From the NCBI GenBank assembly GCA_963710365.1, contig CAVQAC010000023.1, positions 7,024 through 71,023 of the forward strand: a stretch of 64,000 nt of DNA, read 5' to 3'. The notes beneath the pieces were generated by a model. The model saw nothing but the letters and a program-made list of their open reading frames with translations. It was not told the origin of the DNA and ran no database searches. A program made the position numbers and the translations under genes. Positions 10,687-20,542 of this stretch are shown here, piece after piece. How positions within the stretch are numbered: the stretch's first letter is position 1; each line of letters starts with the position of its first letter. This DNA is from an uncultured Planctomycetales bacterium. GTDB lineage: Bacteria > Planctomycetota > Planctomycetia > Pirellulales > PNKZ01.

Positions 10687-12012
10687 TTATTGAAACTGGT
10701 AGTTTGGATTCTTCGGATCGAAATCCTGGTCGGTGAAGCCGTTGTTCAGCTTGAGGTTGACGTAGGTATACTCCTCGAGCAGGACCGGCGGACCGCCCGG
10801 CTCTCGGGGCCAGTCATAGGCCTCGTAGCGGATCGGCACATTCAATTGATTGTCGATGAAGATCCGCGCCATGTTGAAAATGAACTCCTTGCGCTTTGCG
10901 GTATGAACGACCTGAATGCAGGTGCAATCGCGGCCGCTGACCTTGGCGCCGGGAATCATCTTCACTTCGCAATCGCCGAACTTCATGTCGTGCTCGCCGA
11001 CCTCGATCAACCGGCTCACCAGGCGGCGAAGACCCAATTCGGTGATCGCGTATCGATTACCAGCCATGGCCAGCATGCTGTCGGGCATCAGCTTGACGGT
11101 GCCGATCAGCTTGTGCCGGATGCCATTGGGATGGGCCAACAGTTTGCCGTCGTTTTGATTGGCGACATATAGAACTTCCTGGCCTTTGACCTTGGCCGGG
11201 GCCAGGAAGTACATATAGACGCTGAATGGCCGCTGCCGAATCTTGGTGAACATGTATTCGTGCTCACCGAGCGTGCCGTCGATCCGCTCGCGCTTGACCA
11301 GCGTACACGAGTAGTCCTGAACCTTTTCAATCTCCGCCAGCCCCAGCTTGGCCCAACGAATGGCCGGCGCTAGAGGATGCTCGCCCGGCTGGGCCGTCAG
11401 CGTCGCCAGCGGTGGGATTTTGTCGCCAGGCGCAGCCGCCTGTGCATCGACGGGCTGTTGGTCTTGCACCTGAATGTATTGGCCCGGCCCGTTGGCCGGC
11501 GCGGCGGCCGGAATCTGCCCGGCCTGATTGGTCGCCGAGCGTTGGTCGAGATAACCACCGGCAGGCGATACTGCACCGGGGCGGGCACCGAAGCCCGGAC
11601 CGGCAATGCTTTGCGGAGTGCCTTGATAACCTTGCGGCGCAGCCTGGTTGTAACCTTGCGGAGCGCCTTGGTAGCTCTGCGGCGCGCTTTGAGAGTAGCC
11701 CTGGGGCGCAGCTTGCATTTGCGGAGAGTTCTGATAACCCTGCGGAACGCTCTGATAACCCTGTGCCGGAGGATACGAGCCAGCACCCGGCATCGCGCGT
11801 GGATCCGTCGCGCGGTAACCGCCGGCACCTGGCGCCGTCGAGCCTGCGGCTGGAACCGATGCAGGATAAGCGCCGGTGCCGTACGCGGGCGGATAGCTCG
11901 TCGTCGGCGGAGGCGAAGCCTGATAGTTTTGGGCCACTAGGGTCGTGGCCAGCGTACTGCCGGTCAGGAAGGCCCAAATCGTTGGGCGGCGCAGAATGCC
12001 CTGCAATCTCAT
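10687..12012 (-). CDS. secreted DUF1571-type protein with long P/Q/G/Y-rich low-complexity linker
   Basis: ORF 10687-12135. The likely start is MRLQGILRRPTIWAFLTGSTLATTLVAQ (ATG at 12012). About 180 aa of PQGY-type repeats follow, then a C-terminal domain paralogous to 4330-5346. Confidence 0.8.
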   Translation of the reverse strand: MRLQGILRRPTIWAFLTGSTLATTLVAQNYQASPPPTTSYPPAYGTGAYPASVPAAGSTAPGAGGYRATDPRAMPGAGSYPPAQGYQSVPQGYQNSPQMQAAPQGYSQSAPQSYQGAPQGYNQAAPQGYQGTPQSIAGPGFGARPGAVSPAGGYLDQRSATNQAGQIPAAAPANGPGQYIQVQDQQPVDAQAAAPGDKIPPLATLTAQPGEHPLAPAIRWAKLGLAEIEKVQDYSCTLVKRERIDGTLGEHEYMFTKIRQRPFSVYMYFLAPAKVKGQEVLYVANQNDGKLLAHPNGIRHKLIGTVKLMPDSMLAMAGNRYAITELGLRRLVSRLIEVGEHDMKFGDCEVKMIPGAKVSGRDCTCIQVVHTAKRKEFIFNMARIFIDNQLNVPIRYEAYDWPREPGGPPVLLEEYTYVNLKLNNGFTDQDFDPKNPNYQFQ

Positions 12013-12355
12013 CACACGCACTCCATTACGAGGATGGCCGACCCTGCGGGGGGCCGACAAATTAGCTCTAGCCTTGTGTGGCTTGGGGCACGACCCAGGC
12101 CAGTCGCCGAACAGCAAGCCACATGCCGCGAACAACCATGTTCGCCAGCAAATCTCGCTAAACTACTGCCGCTCCTGGAAAACCGCCGCCGAACGGGCGC
12201 AATTCGAGAGTTTCGCGCCGTGCTCCGCATTGGTATTATCGCCACGAGGGCAGGTACATTATTACAAACAACGATTCGACTATTACCGGATCTCCGCTGC
12301 TGGCAGACCATGTCGGCGCGGCAGCGGCGGCCCAGTTTAGCAGTCTTAACTTTAC

Positions 12356-13045
12356 TTGCGGAGACCAATTCTCGTGGCCGACGAACAGTTACGCGTTGCG
12401 GTGGTCGTCTCGGCCCCGTTCGATGAGAATTCCTATATCGCTCACCTCGCGGACCGAAATGACTGCATCGTGGTCGATCCCGGCACCGATCCCGACGGGA
12501 TCTGCGCGTATATCGATCAGCACAAGCTGACCCCCGCTGCGATACTCATCACCCATGGCCACGGCGATCATATTGCCGGCAATCAGGCCATGAAGGACCG
12601 CTGGCCCGATTGCCCGCTGGTCATTGGGCGCGGTGATGCCCCGAAGCTAGCAAATGCCCAATTAAATCTGTCTTCGGCCATCGGCATACCGGTGATCAGT
12701 CCGCCGGCCAATATCCTGCTCGACGGCGGCCAGACCTACGACATCGCCGGCTTTAGCTTTGAAGTGCAGGAGATTCCCGGCCACTCGAGCGGCCACATCG
12801 TCTTCATCTGGCGTGCTCATCAGCCACCAGTGGTCTTTGGGGGTGACATCTTATTCGCTGGCAGCGTCGGCCGCGCCGACTTTCCAGGGGGCAGCTTCCC
12901 GACCTTGGCCGCGGGAATTCACCGTCACTTATTCACGCTTCCGGACGAAACCGTAGTGCTATCAGGGCATGGACCGGCCACGACAATTGGCCGCGAGAAG
13001 GAGTCGAACCCGTTCGTCGGCCGACCAGCTGGGTGGCAAGAGTAA
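12356..13045 (+). CDS. MBL-fold metallo-hydrolase (glyoxalase II-like)
   Basis: Intact 229 aa. Contains the HxHxDH motif ITHGHGDHIAG, then IPGHSSGH and a later SGHGPATTIG. Confidence 0.85.
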   Translation: MRRPILVADEQLRVAVVVSAPFDENSYIAHLADRNDCIVVDPGTDPDGICAYIDQHKLTPAAILITHGHGDHIAGNQAMKDRWPDCPLVIGRGDAPKLANAQLNLSSAIGIPVISPPANILLDGGQTYDIAGFSFEVQEIPGHSSGHIVFIWRAHQPPVVFGGDILFAGSVGRADFPGGSFPTLAAGIHRHLFTLPDETVVLSGHGPATTIGREKESNPFVGRPAGWQE

Positions 13046-13109
13046 GAAAAGAACAGAAGCAAACACGGAGACACGGAGGACTAATGCATGAGAGACCGGA
13101 GCCTGTAGG

Positions 13110-13150
13110 TCAGGGCTTGCCCTGAAGATCGCCCTGTCAGGGCAAGCCCC
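13110..13150. repeat. 13-bp-stem hairpin between convergent genes (possible bidirectional terminator / REP-like)
   Basis: TCAGGGCTTGCCCTGA ... TCAGGGCAAGCCC, preceded by CTGTAGG. There is no U-tract on either side. Confidence 0.5.
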
Positions 13151-13168
13151 AGCCCTTCGGATTCGGCA

Positions 13169-14275
13169 TCAGCCCGCTTCGCGGCGCACGTTGGGCTGCC
13201 GCGCGAGTTTGCCGGCGAAGTGCGGCGACGGAATGATGCTCGGCCCGACAAACGGCAGCTGCTCCTGTTCGGCCGGCGCCGCAGCCCGATGGGCGATCGC
13301 AGCCACGATCTGTTCGGCGACTTCGACGGCCCGCTGAGCCTGCTCGCCCGAAACGCGCGGCATCCGGCCCGTGCGAATGCTCTCGGAAAAATCCTGCAAC
13401 TCGGCCGTGATCGCATCGATCGGCTGAGCCTCGATTTGTTCCACCGGCAAATGGTCGGTCAGGTGGTCCTTGAGGTGCATTCGCTCGGCCGGCGTGAGTC
13501 GTTCGACGTCGATTTCGTGCCGCAAGACGGCTTCGCTGGGACGCAACAACGTGCCGGTGCGGGTGGCAAAGTCGAGATTGGCCAGGCAGCGATCGGTCCA
13601 GATTTGCATGGATCGCACCGGCTGAGGGTTCACTCGCGAGGCCGTCAGCGTGGCCACGCAGCCATCAGCGAAGGTCAGGCGTGCATTGGCCAGGTCCTCG
13701 TGGCGGCCCAGCAGCGACATGCCGACCGCCTCGACGCTCACCAGCGGCGCGGCGACGAGTGACAGGATCAGGTCCAGGTCGTGGATCATCAGATCAAGTA
13801 CGACGCCGATATCGGTCGAGCGGAAGGAGAAACTGCCCGAGCGGACGGCTTCGATGTAACGCGGAGCCCGGACGTGGGCCAGCGTCTTGGTCCAAACGGG
13901 ATTGAATCGTTCGACGTGGCCAACCTGGAGCACGCACTGGCTGCGACGGGCGGCGGCGACCAGGTCGCCGGCTTCGCGCGCGACCGAGGCGAGCGGCTTT
14001 TCCACGAGCACATGGACGCCGCGCGAGAGAAATTCGAGGGCCACGGCATGATGCAGCCGCGTGGGCGTGGCGATGACGGCCGCATCGACTCGATCGAGAA
14101 CGTCGCGGTAATCACTGAAAGCCGGCGTGCCGGCCTGCGCCGATACCTGTTGACGATTGGCTTCGTCGGGATCAACGACGCCGACGAGCGTAAAGGCGTC
14201 CAAAGTGGTCGCCAGCCGGGCGTGAATCCGTCCGAGATGCCCAACTCCGATCACGGCCAGGCGAATCGGCTTCAC
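13169..14275 (-). CDS. Gfo/Idh/MocA family oxidoreductase
   Basis: GTG start VKPIRLAVIGVGHLGRIHA (Rossmann GxGxxG). EKPLA motif present. The start overlaps the lpxA stop (GTGA at 14272-14275). The listed ORF 13169-14503 over-extends upstream into lpxA. Confidence 0.8.
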   Translation of the reverse strand: MKPIRLAVIGVGHLGRIHARLATTLDAFTLVGVVDPDEANRQQVSAQAGTPAFSDYRDVLDRVDAAVIATPTRLHHAVALEFLSRGVHVLVEKPLASVAREAGDLVAAARRSQCVLQVGHVERFNPVWTKTLAHVRAPRYIEAVRSGSFSFRSTDIGVVLDLMIHDLDLILSLVAAPLVSVEAVGMSLLGRHEDLANARLTFADGCVATLTASRVNPQPVRSMQIWTDRCLANLDFATRTGTLLRPSEAVLRHEIDVERLTPAERMHLKDHLTDHLPVEQIEAQPIDAITAELQDFSESIRTGRMPRVSGEQAQRAVEVAEQIVAAIAHRAAAPAEQEQLPFVGPSIIPSPHFAGKLARQPNVRREAG

Positions 14276-15078
14276 GCGGCTCTCCTGCGTTCGCGGGCCC
14301 GACCGTGCTTGCCCTGCTGCTGCCGCTCGACGAAGGTCAGCAATTGCATGACCTCGGGCACGAGTTGTTCGTTGGTTCGCAGGATTTCGCGGGCATGGTC
14401 GAGGCCAACGCGGGCGCGATACAGCAATCGGTGGGCTTCCGCCAGGCAATCGATGGCCAGCGACGAGAAGTCGTTGCGTTTGAGCGCCACGACGTTGATG
14501 CAACGCGGACGCGTGGGATGCCCGTCGGCTAGCATGAACGGCGGCACGTCGTGCAATACGCGGCTCACGCCAGCCACGAAGCTATAGCTGCCAATCGTGG
14601 CATAGTGATGAACCGCGACGCCTCCGCTGAGCGACGCGTGATCGTGGACGTGGACGTGTCCGCCCAACAGTGTGGCATTGGCGATGACGATGTGGTCGCC
14701 GAGCCGGCAATCGTGGGCCACATGGCAATAGGCCATGAGGTAGTTGTGGCTGCCGACCGAGGTGAGGCCGTCCTCTTTTTCAGTGGCACGATTGATCGTC
14801 ACGCCTTCGCGAATCGTGTTGTGGTCGCCGATCAGGACGCGGGTGTCGGTGCCGCGATAACTGATGTCCTGGGGCTCGGCGCCGATGACGACGTTCGGGT
14901 AGATGCGGTTATGCTCGCCGATCGTGACCTGGCCCATGATCGTGACGTTGTTTTCCAAGCGCGTACCGCGACCGATGCGGACGTTGGGACCGATCACGCA
15001 GAAGGGGCCGATCTCGACGTCGACGTCGATCTCTGCACGGTGATCGATCGAGGCGTGTTCTGCGACGTAACTAGCCAT
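14272..15078 (-). CDS. lpxA: acyl-ACP--UDP-N-acetylglucosamine O-acyltransferase
   Basis: Intact 268 aa. Hexapeptide-repeat left-handed beta-helix pattern plus an LpxA-type C-terminal helical region (FMLADGHPTRPRCINVVALKR). Confidence 0.9.
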   Translation of the reverse strand: MASYVAEHASIDHRAEIDVDVEIGPFCVIGPNVRIGRGTRLENNVTIMGQVTIGEHNRIYPNVVIGAEPQDISYRGTDTRVLIGDHNTIREGVTINRATEKEDGLTSVGSHNYLMAYCHVAHDCRLGDHIVIANATLLGGHVHVHDHASLSGGVAVHHYATIGSYSFVAGVSRVLHDVPPFMLADGHPTRPRCINVVALKRNDFSSLAIDCLAEAHRLLYRARVGLDHAREILRTNEQLVPEVMQLLTFVERQQQGKHGRARERRRAA

Positions 15079-15141
15079 GTGAGGCGCTCCGCAGCCTGGC
15101 CGGCGACGGCCCGAAAATTCTATCCTGTGCGCGTGCAGACC

Positions 15142-16016
15142 TTACGCGGTCCGCCGCCAATCCCCCACCACTTCTCCTTCGGCCAACAAGATTCGCACCA
15201 GGTCGGCGTTGAGTCGATGGCCGCTGCGATAGGCCACGAAATGGCCGATCAAATCGCAGCCTGCCAGCGCCAAGTCGCCGATCAAATCCAAAGCCTTGTG
15301 CCGCACGCATTCGTCGCGGAACCGCAGTTGATTGTCGATCGGGCCGTCGCCGTCGAAGACCAGCAGATCGCGTTCCGTGACGCGCTGGCCCAGTCCCTGC
15401 GACAGCAGCCAATCGGCCTCGCTCTTGAGCATGAACGTGCGGCTGGGCGCCAGTTCGCGCCTGAAGGAATCGGGCGTCACCGGCAGGGCCAGCATTTGCC
15501 GCCCGATCGGATTGTCGGCGCCGTAGTCCAGATGGAACTTGATCGACATGCCCCAGCTTGCGACGGGCCGGGCTTCGACCCAGCTTTCATCCGTTCCCAA
15601 CCGAATCACCTGGCGCACGATCAACGACGTCCGCAAGGCATTCTGCGTGGTCAGTCCGGCACCAGCCAGGGCTTCGACATAGGGCAATGCCGAGCCGTCG
15701 CAGCCTGGCAACTCGGCAGCACTGACATGAATCTCGCAGTTGTCGATCTGCAAACCGCCCAGCGCCGCCATGACGTGCTCGACCATTTCGACGCTTGCCC
15801 CGCCGAAGCGCAAATTGGTGCGCCGCGGCGCTTCGACGCGATGGGCCACGACGGCCTTGATCCGGACCGGCTGGTCAAGATCGTCGCGTACGAACACGAT
15901 TCCCGTGTCGGGGGCGCTGGATGGAACTCGACGCGTACGTCTTGTCCGCTCCAATAGCCGAAACCCTCGACGGAAGCCGGTCGCGCAATCGTTCTCTGCT
16001 GTCTGAGCGAGTACAT
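15142..16016 (-). CDS. lpxC: UDP-3-O-acyl-N-acetylglucosamine deacetylase (one frameshift)
   Basis: The N-terminus MYSLRQQRTIARPASVEGFGYWSGQDVRVEFHPAPP comes from the frame of ORF 15651-16280. It joins DTGIVFVRDDL..HVMAAL..HKALDLIGDLAL..SGH of ORF 15142-16059. The junction is at a G5 run, 15910-15914. Confidence 0.88.
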
Positions 16017-16134
16017 CAACGGAGTTGAACCATCCTTGGAACCGCGATACATGTCGCACCCCGAAGCGTGCTCTGGCCGGCCATCCGTGGCGGCCAGGAA
16101 CAAGCCCTGGCTACAGTCCGCTAAACACGAGGCA

Positions 16135-16818
16135 TTAACGACGCGGCGGCAAACCGGGGGGCGCACCGGGAGGCGCGAAGCCGGGGGCTCCGGGCGTCGA
16201 GGTCTGCGGCACGGCGCCGCCCTGCGGGCCGCCTGGGGCCTTGCGGTTGATCTCTTCCAGGATGATCGGAGTGATGTCAATCGCCCGGTTGTAGTACAGA
16301 ACTGACTTGTTCAGTTCCTTCAGCACTTCTTGCGGATCGTTGCGGTCGACCGGATCGCCGTTGAAGCGCAACACCAGCGCAATGCCGTGCTGCTCGGAGT
16401 AGTACTTCACGTGCTCGCAAATTTCCTGGTAGACGTTGTAGTAGATCTTGGCTTCCTGTTCGAGGAAGTCCTTCTTCTGAATGCTGACCCGCAGATTCAA
16501 CTCGGCGGCCTTCTTGGCCAGTTCTTCTTCCATGGCCCGGAATTCCGGCGTGCCCTTGCGATAGGTTTCCAACTGCTGGGTCATCTTGCCATAGCCTTCG
16601 CGGTCGACCTTCAAGGCGCTTTCCGCGGCTTCGACGTCACGTCGCATGCCGTCGCTCATCTGCTGAAAACGCAAATGATTCTTGAAAATGTAGGTCAGGT
16701 CGAGGATTGCGATCGGCGAACCGATGCCTCGAGGCTGTTGGGCTTCGGCCTTACCGGCCAAAACCCCGAACGGCGAAACCGCCGCCATGAGCGCGGCAAC
16801 CAGGAAAAACTTTCTCAC
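16135..16818 (-). CDS. OmpH/Skp family periplasmic chaperone
   Basis: Intact 227 aa with signal peptide MRKFFLVAALMAAVSPFGVLAGKAEA. Has Skp-like coiled-coil composition and a Pro/Gly-rich tail. Located immediately upstream of lpxC-lpxA. Confidence 0.8.
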   Translation of the reverse strand: MRKFFLVAALMAAVSPFGVLAGKAEAQQPRGIGSPIAILDLTYIFKNHLRFQQMSDGMRRDVEAAESALKVDREGYGKMTQQLETYRKGTPEFRAMEEELAKKAAELNLRVSIQKKDFLEQEAKIYYNVYQEICEHVKYYSEQHGIALVLRFNGDPVDRNDPQEVLKELNKSVLYYNRAIDITPIILEEINRKAPGGPQGGAVPQTSTPGAPGFAPPGAPPGLPPRR

Positions 16819-17307
16819 TTTTAGGCACTCCTTGCTATCTCGGCACAGTCATCCGTGACTTGCGGCGTCCCAACCCCGCGTCTGCGCCGTGCCGAGGGAC
16901 TCCGGGTGGCTTCGAATGGCCGGGGGAATCGAACGAGGGCGGTATTCTGCCGAGAACCCGCAATTCGGTAAAGCCCAGAAAACCAAGAGCGGGGCAAGCG
17001 TCCTAAGTTGTTCGCGATGGGCGGCTTGCGATGCGGCTCCAACGCAGCCGTCGATGTCGGTTACGTAAACGAGGCCAGGCTTTTTGCAGCTCCACCCCAG
17101 ATCCGACGGGCAAACCGCCCTGCAAATTCACGGTGGCCTTCGTGGCTGGCAATATGGTTTCGCCCTTGCTATCACCGGCCACGAATCTGAAGCTATCATG
17201 ATTCGAGAACCCCTGGCCGGGCGTGTCGCCCTCGCAACTCGCGGCCGTCCATCCCCAGCGAACCGTGTTCCGACCGTAAAGTCCAGCCACTACCTTGGTT
17301 TGATCGC

Positions 17308-19056
17308 ATGAAATCCATCTACTTGATCCTCCTGGCCGCTTGGCTACTAGGCGCCGCCGCTGACCTATCGGCGCAACCAATCGCGCAGCGTGCCAGTCCG
17401 CAGATCATCGAAGCGGACGTGTGCATCTACGGTGGCACCTCGGGCGGCGTGGCGGCGGCCGTGCAGTCGGCGCGGATGGGCAAGCACGCAGTCATCGCCG
17501 AGCCGGGAGGCATCTCGGCGGCATGACGGCCGGCGGGTTGAGCGCCGTCGATATCGGTGATCCGCGCACCGGTGGGAGGCATTGCGCGCGAATATTTCAC
17601 GCGGCTGGTCGCAAGTTATGGCAAGACGCTGGATTGGGATAAGGCGTTCCAGGCCAAAGGCGGTGGCCCAGCGACGGGCGGCGGCGTACTCGATCGAGCC
17701 GCACGTAGCCGAACGCGTGTTCAACGAGATGGCGCGCGAAGCGAAAGTGCCGGTGCATTTCGGCGCTCGACTCGCCAGCGTGAAAAACGACTGCCGCACG
17801 CATCACCGAACTCGTCACCGAGGACGGTACGGTGTTCCGCGCGAAGATGTTCATCGATGCGACCTATGAAGGCGATTTGATGGCGAAGGCGGGGGTGAGC
17901 TTCACGCTTGATGCGCGAGGGGAACGCAAAATATGGCGAGGTTTATAACGGCATTCATTACAGCGAGAAGTATCTCCCGCGAGCCAAGCATCTCCAACCC
18001 GGCCCGAACGGCCGCGTGCCGGGTGGCCAAGGCGTTTGGGACCGCGATTTGCCCCTCGACCCCTACGTCGTGCCGGGAGATCCGCAGAGCGGCCTGCTGC
18101 CGCTGATCGACGAAGGCGAACCGGGCCAGCCAGGCGATTCCGCACCCGGCGTGCAGGCGTATTGCTACCGTCTTTGTCTCACCACGGCGGCGGATCGCCT
18201 GGCCATCGAACCACCGCCCAATTACGATCCGAAACGCTACGAGATTGTCGTCCGCTTCATCGAAGGCTGCATCGCCAACGGCGACGACATGGATCTGCGA
18301 TGGTTCTCCAAGCACGACGCGCTGCCCAATGACAAGTGGGACTTCAATACGGCGACCTTCGGCGGCAACCTGCCTGGGGCGAGTTGGGAGTGGCCGGAGG
18401 CGAGCTACGCGCGCCGCGAGCAGATCGCCAGAGAGCACGAAGAACTATCATCGCGGCCTGCTGCCACTTCCTGGCTACCGACCCGCGCGTGCCGTCGAAA
18501 GTGCGCGACGAGATGAAGCGATTCGGACTGCCGCGCGACGAGTTTATCGACAACGGCGGCTGGCCGCATCAACTCTACATTCGCGAAGCGCGCCGCATGG
18601 TCTCCGACCTGGTGATGACGGAACGGCATACCTTTGGCAAGGAGACGGCGCGAAACTCCATCGGCCTCGGCTCGTACGGCACCGACACTCACGAGATCCG
18701 CCGGATCGTCGAAAGATGGCGTCGTCACGCGCGAGGGCAAAACCGCCGGCGGCCGCGACAGTGCGCCCCCGTATGCAATCGGCTATGTGGCCATCGTGCC
18801 GAAGTCGGCGAGTGCCAGAACCTTTTCGTAACCTTCGCACTCTCGGCGAGCCACACGGCTTTCAGCAGCATCCGCATGGAGCCGGTGTTCATGGTCACCA
18901 GCCAATCGGCGGCCACCGCCGCTTGCATGGCCATCGATGACAAGGTGCCGGTACAAAGCGTGAATTACCCGCAACTCCGCGAGCGATTGTTAAAGGACGG
19001 CCAGGTGCTGACGTGGAATCAGACCGGCAAACCGGCGTCTGCCGCCACGAAACCAG
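17308..19056 (+). CDS. FAD-dependent oxidoreductase (secreted; heavily frameshifted); 3' end uncertain
   Basis: Signal peptide plus dinucleotide-binding motif CIYGGTSGGVAAAVQSARMG. Later fragments: FIDATYEGDLMAKAG, AYCYRLCLT, WPHQLYIREARRMV, SHTAFSSIRMEPVFMVTSQSAATAA. Paralogous along its length to 20543-22144. May be fused to the next ORF. Confidence 0.7.
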
Positions 19057-20421
19057 ATGCCCTCAGACCGCCGAAGCGAGAGGCTGCCGCGGCTGCTACG
19101 GGCGCATTTCGAAGTGCGGGTCTCGGCGCCCGGACCTGCGGAGATCGCAGACACCGTTATTCAGAACGCCATCGACGCCGTCGCAACCGCGGGTGGTGGA
19201 ATTGTGCTGCTGGGCGCGGGCGACTTCAAGCTATCACGCCGGTTGGGTGACGAGACGATTGTGCTCAAGAGCGGAGTGACGCTGCGCGGCCAGGGATACG
19301 CCACGCACATCTACCTCGATCCGGCCACCCCACCCCACACGGCGCGCTATTATCCGGTGCGGATTGGCACCGAGACGACTCCAGCGAGCAATGTTGTGGT
19401 GGAAGACCTGCGTTATACCGGGAACGACGCGGCGATTGGCGGCGGATCGATCATGGGATTCAACGCTCGGCTCGGCGACCCGTCCGCCTACTTGCTGTCG
19501 TCGGACAATGTCACGGTCCGCAATTGCTGGATCTATGATGCCAAACAGGCCGCCGGCTGCACCAAGGACAGCATCATTGATTACGGAAAGCCCGACCGGC
19601 TGGCCGCTCAGTTCAAAAACTGGCAAGTCTGCCACAACTTCATCGATCGGTGTGGAAACAAGGCGGTCGAACTCGCGGAATGCAACGGCGGACTGATCGC
19701 CGACAATTACATCATCAATGTCGCGGCCGGACCCCAAGTGATTTTCGGCAGCCGCAACGTACAGATTCGCGACAACGAAGTCTATTTCGTTGACACGGGC
19801 ATCAACATCACTGAAGGCTCGAACCATATCCGCATCAGCGGCAATCACGTCGAGCCGATACCAACCATCAACCAAGGCGCGGGGGGCGGCTGCCTTATCT
19901 TTCGCACCGAACCCCAGCCGCTCCATACGACGATCTCGGATATCGTCGTAACCGGGAATATCTTTCGGGATCAGACCACCGGGCTCAAACGCACAGTCAG
20001 GTTCCAGACCAGGAAAGAAGCCCTATCCTGCACTTACCAAGGAATCACTTTCACGGGAAACGTGTTCGACGGCGACGTCTGTTTCGTCGATCGGACCACA
20101 CCGGCGCGAACCACGATTAAAGATATCGTCTTTGCCGACAACATCTGCGACGGCGACATCGTCTCCGCGCCCAACGGCGTGATGGCTTCTAGTTACGTAA
20201 TGGTGCGAAATAACATGCTGCGTAGAGCGGGTAATTATGTGCTGAACTCGCACCGATGGATCTGGTCGGGCAACACTCATACCAATGGCACGCTCGAGGT
20301 GGCCGATGGAGCCACGGCCAACATCGTCCGCGATAACGTAACCAGCACGCCGATTGAGGACCGAGGAGCAGGGACAAACCTGTCCAGCAATATCGTTTCA
20401 ACAAGATCTGACAAACCATGA
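19057..20421 (+). CDS. right-handed parallel beta-helix repeat protein (pectate-lyase fold)
   Basis: Intact 454 aa. N-terminal DTVIQNAIDAVATAGGGIVLLGAGDF motif, then many repeats of the I.ISGN / V.V.NN type. No signal peptide in this frame, so it may be a C-terminal domain of the upstream gene. Confidence 0.7.
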   Translation: MPSDRRSERLPRLLRAHFEVRVSAPGPAEIADTVIQNAIDAVATAGGGIVLLGAGDFKLSRRLGDETIVLKSGVTLRGQGYATHIYLDPATPPHTARYYPVRIGTETTPASNVVVEDLRYTGNDAAIGGGSIMGFNARLGDPSAYLLSSDNVTVRNCWIYDAKQAAGCTKDSIIDYGKPDRLAAQFKNWQVCHNFIDRCGNKAVELAECNGGLIADNYIINVAAGPQVIFGSRNVQIRDNEVYFVDTGINITEGSNHIRISGNHVEPIPTINQGAGGGCLIFRTEPQPLHTTISDIVVTGNIFRDQTTGLKRTVRFQTRKEALSCTYQGITFTGNVFDGDVCFVDRTTPARTTIKDIVFADNICDGDIVSAPNGVMASSYVMVRNNMLRRAGNYVLNSHRWIWSGNTHTNGTLEVADGATANIVRDNVTSTPIEDRGAGTNLSSNIVSTRSDKP

Positions 20422-20542
20422 ATCTCGACGGAACGCGCGGCGACAGTCACGCCGCGCTGCAAGGGCGGGGCGTCCAACTGATGTTCACCGGCTCCCGCGC
20501 CAAGCTATACAGCTTTTACTTTTCGTCGGAGGACGCTTGGTT

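Noticed and set aside
17003-17380. 125 aa minus-strand ORF in the skp / FAD-oxidoreductase divergent region
   Set aside because: Part of it (..TVRWGWTAASCEGDTPGQGFSNHDSFRFVAGDSKGETILPATKATVNLQGG..) has protein-like composition and might be a gene remnant. However, it overlaps the oxidoreductase start, has no plausible start or RBS, and I recognise no family. That is not enough to call it.
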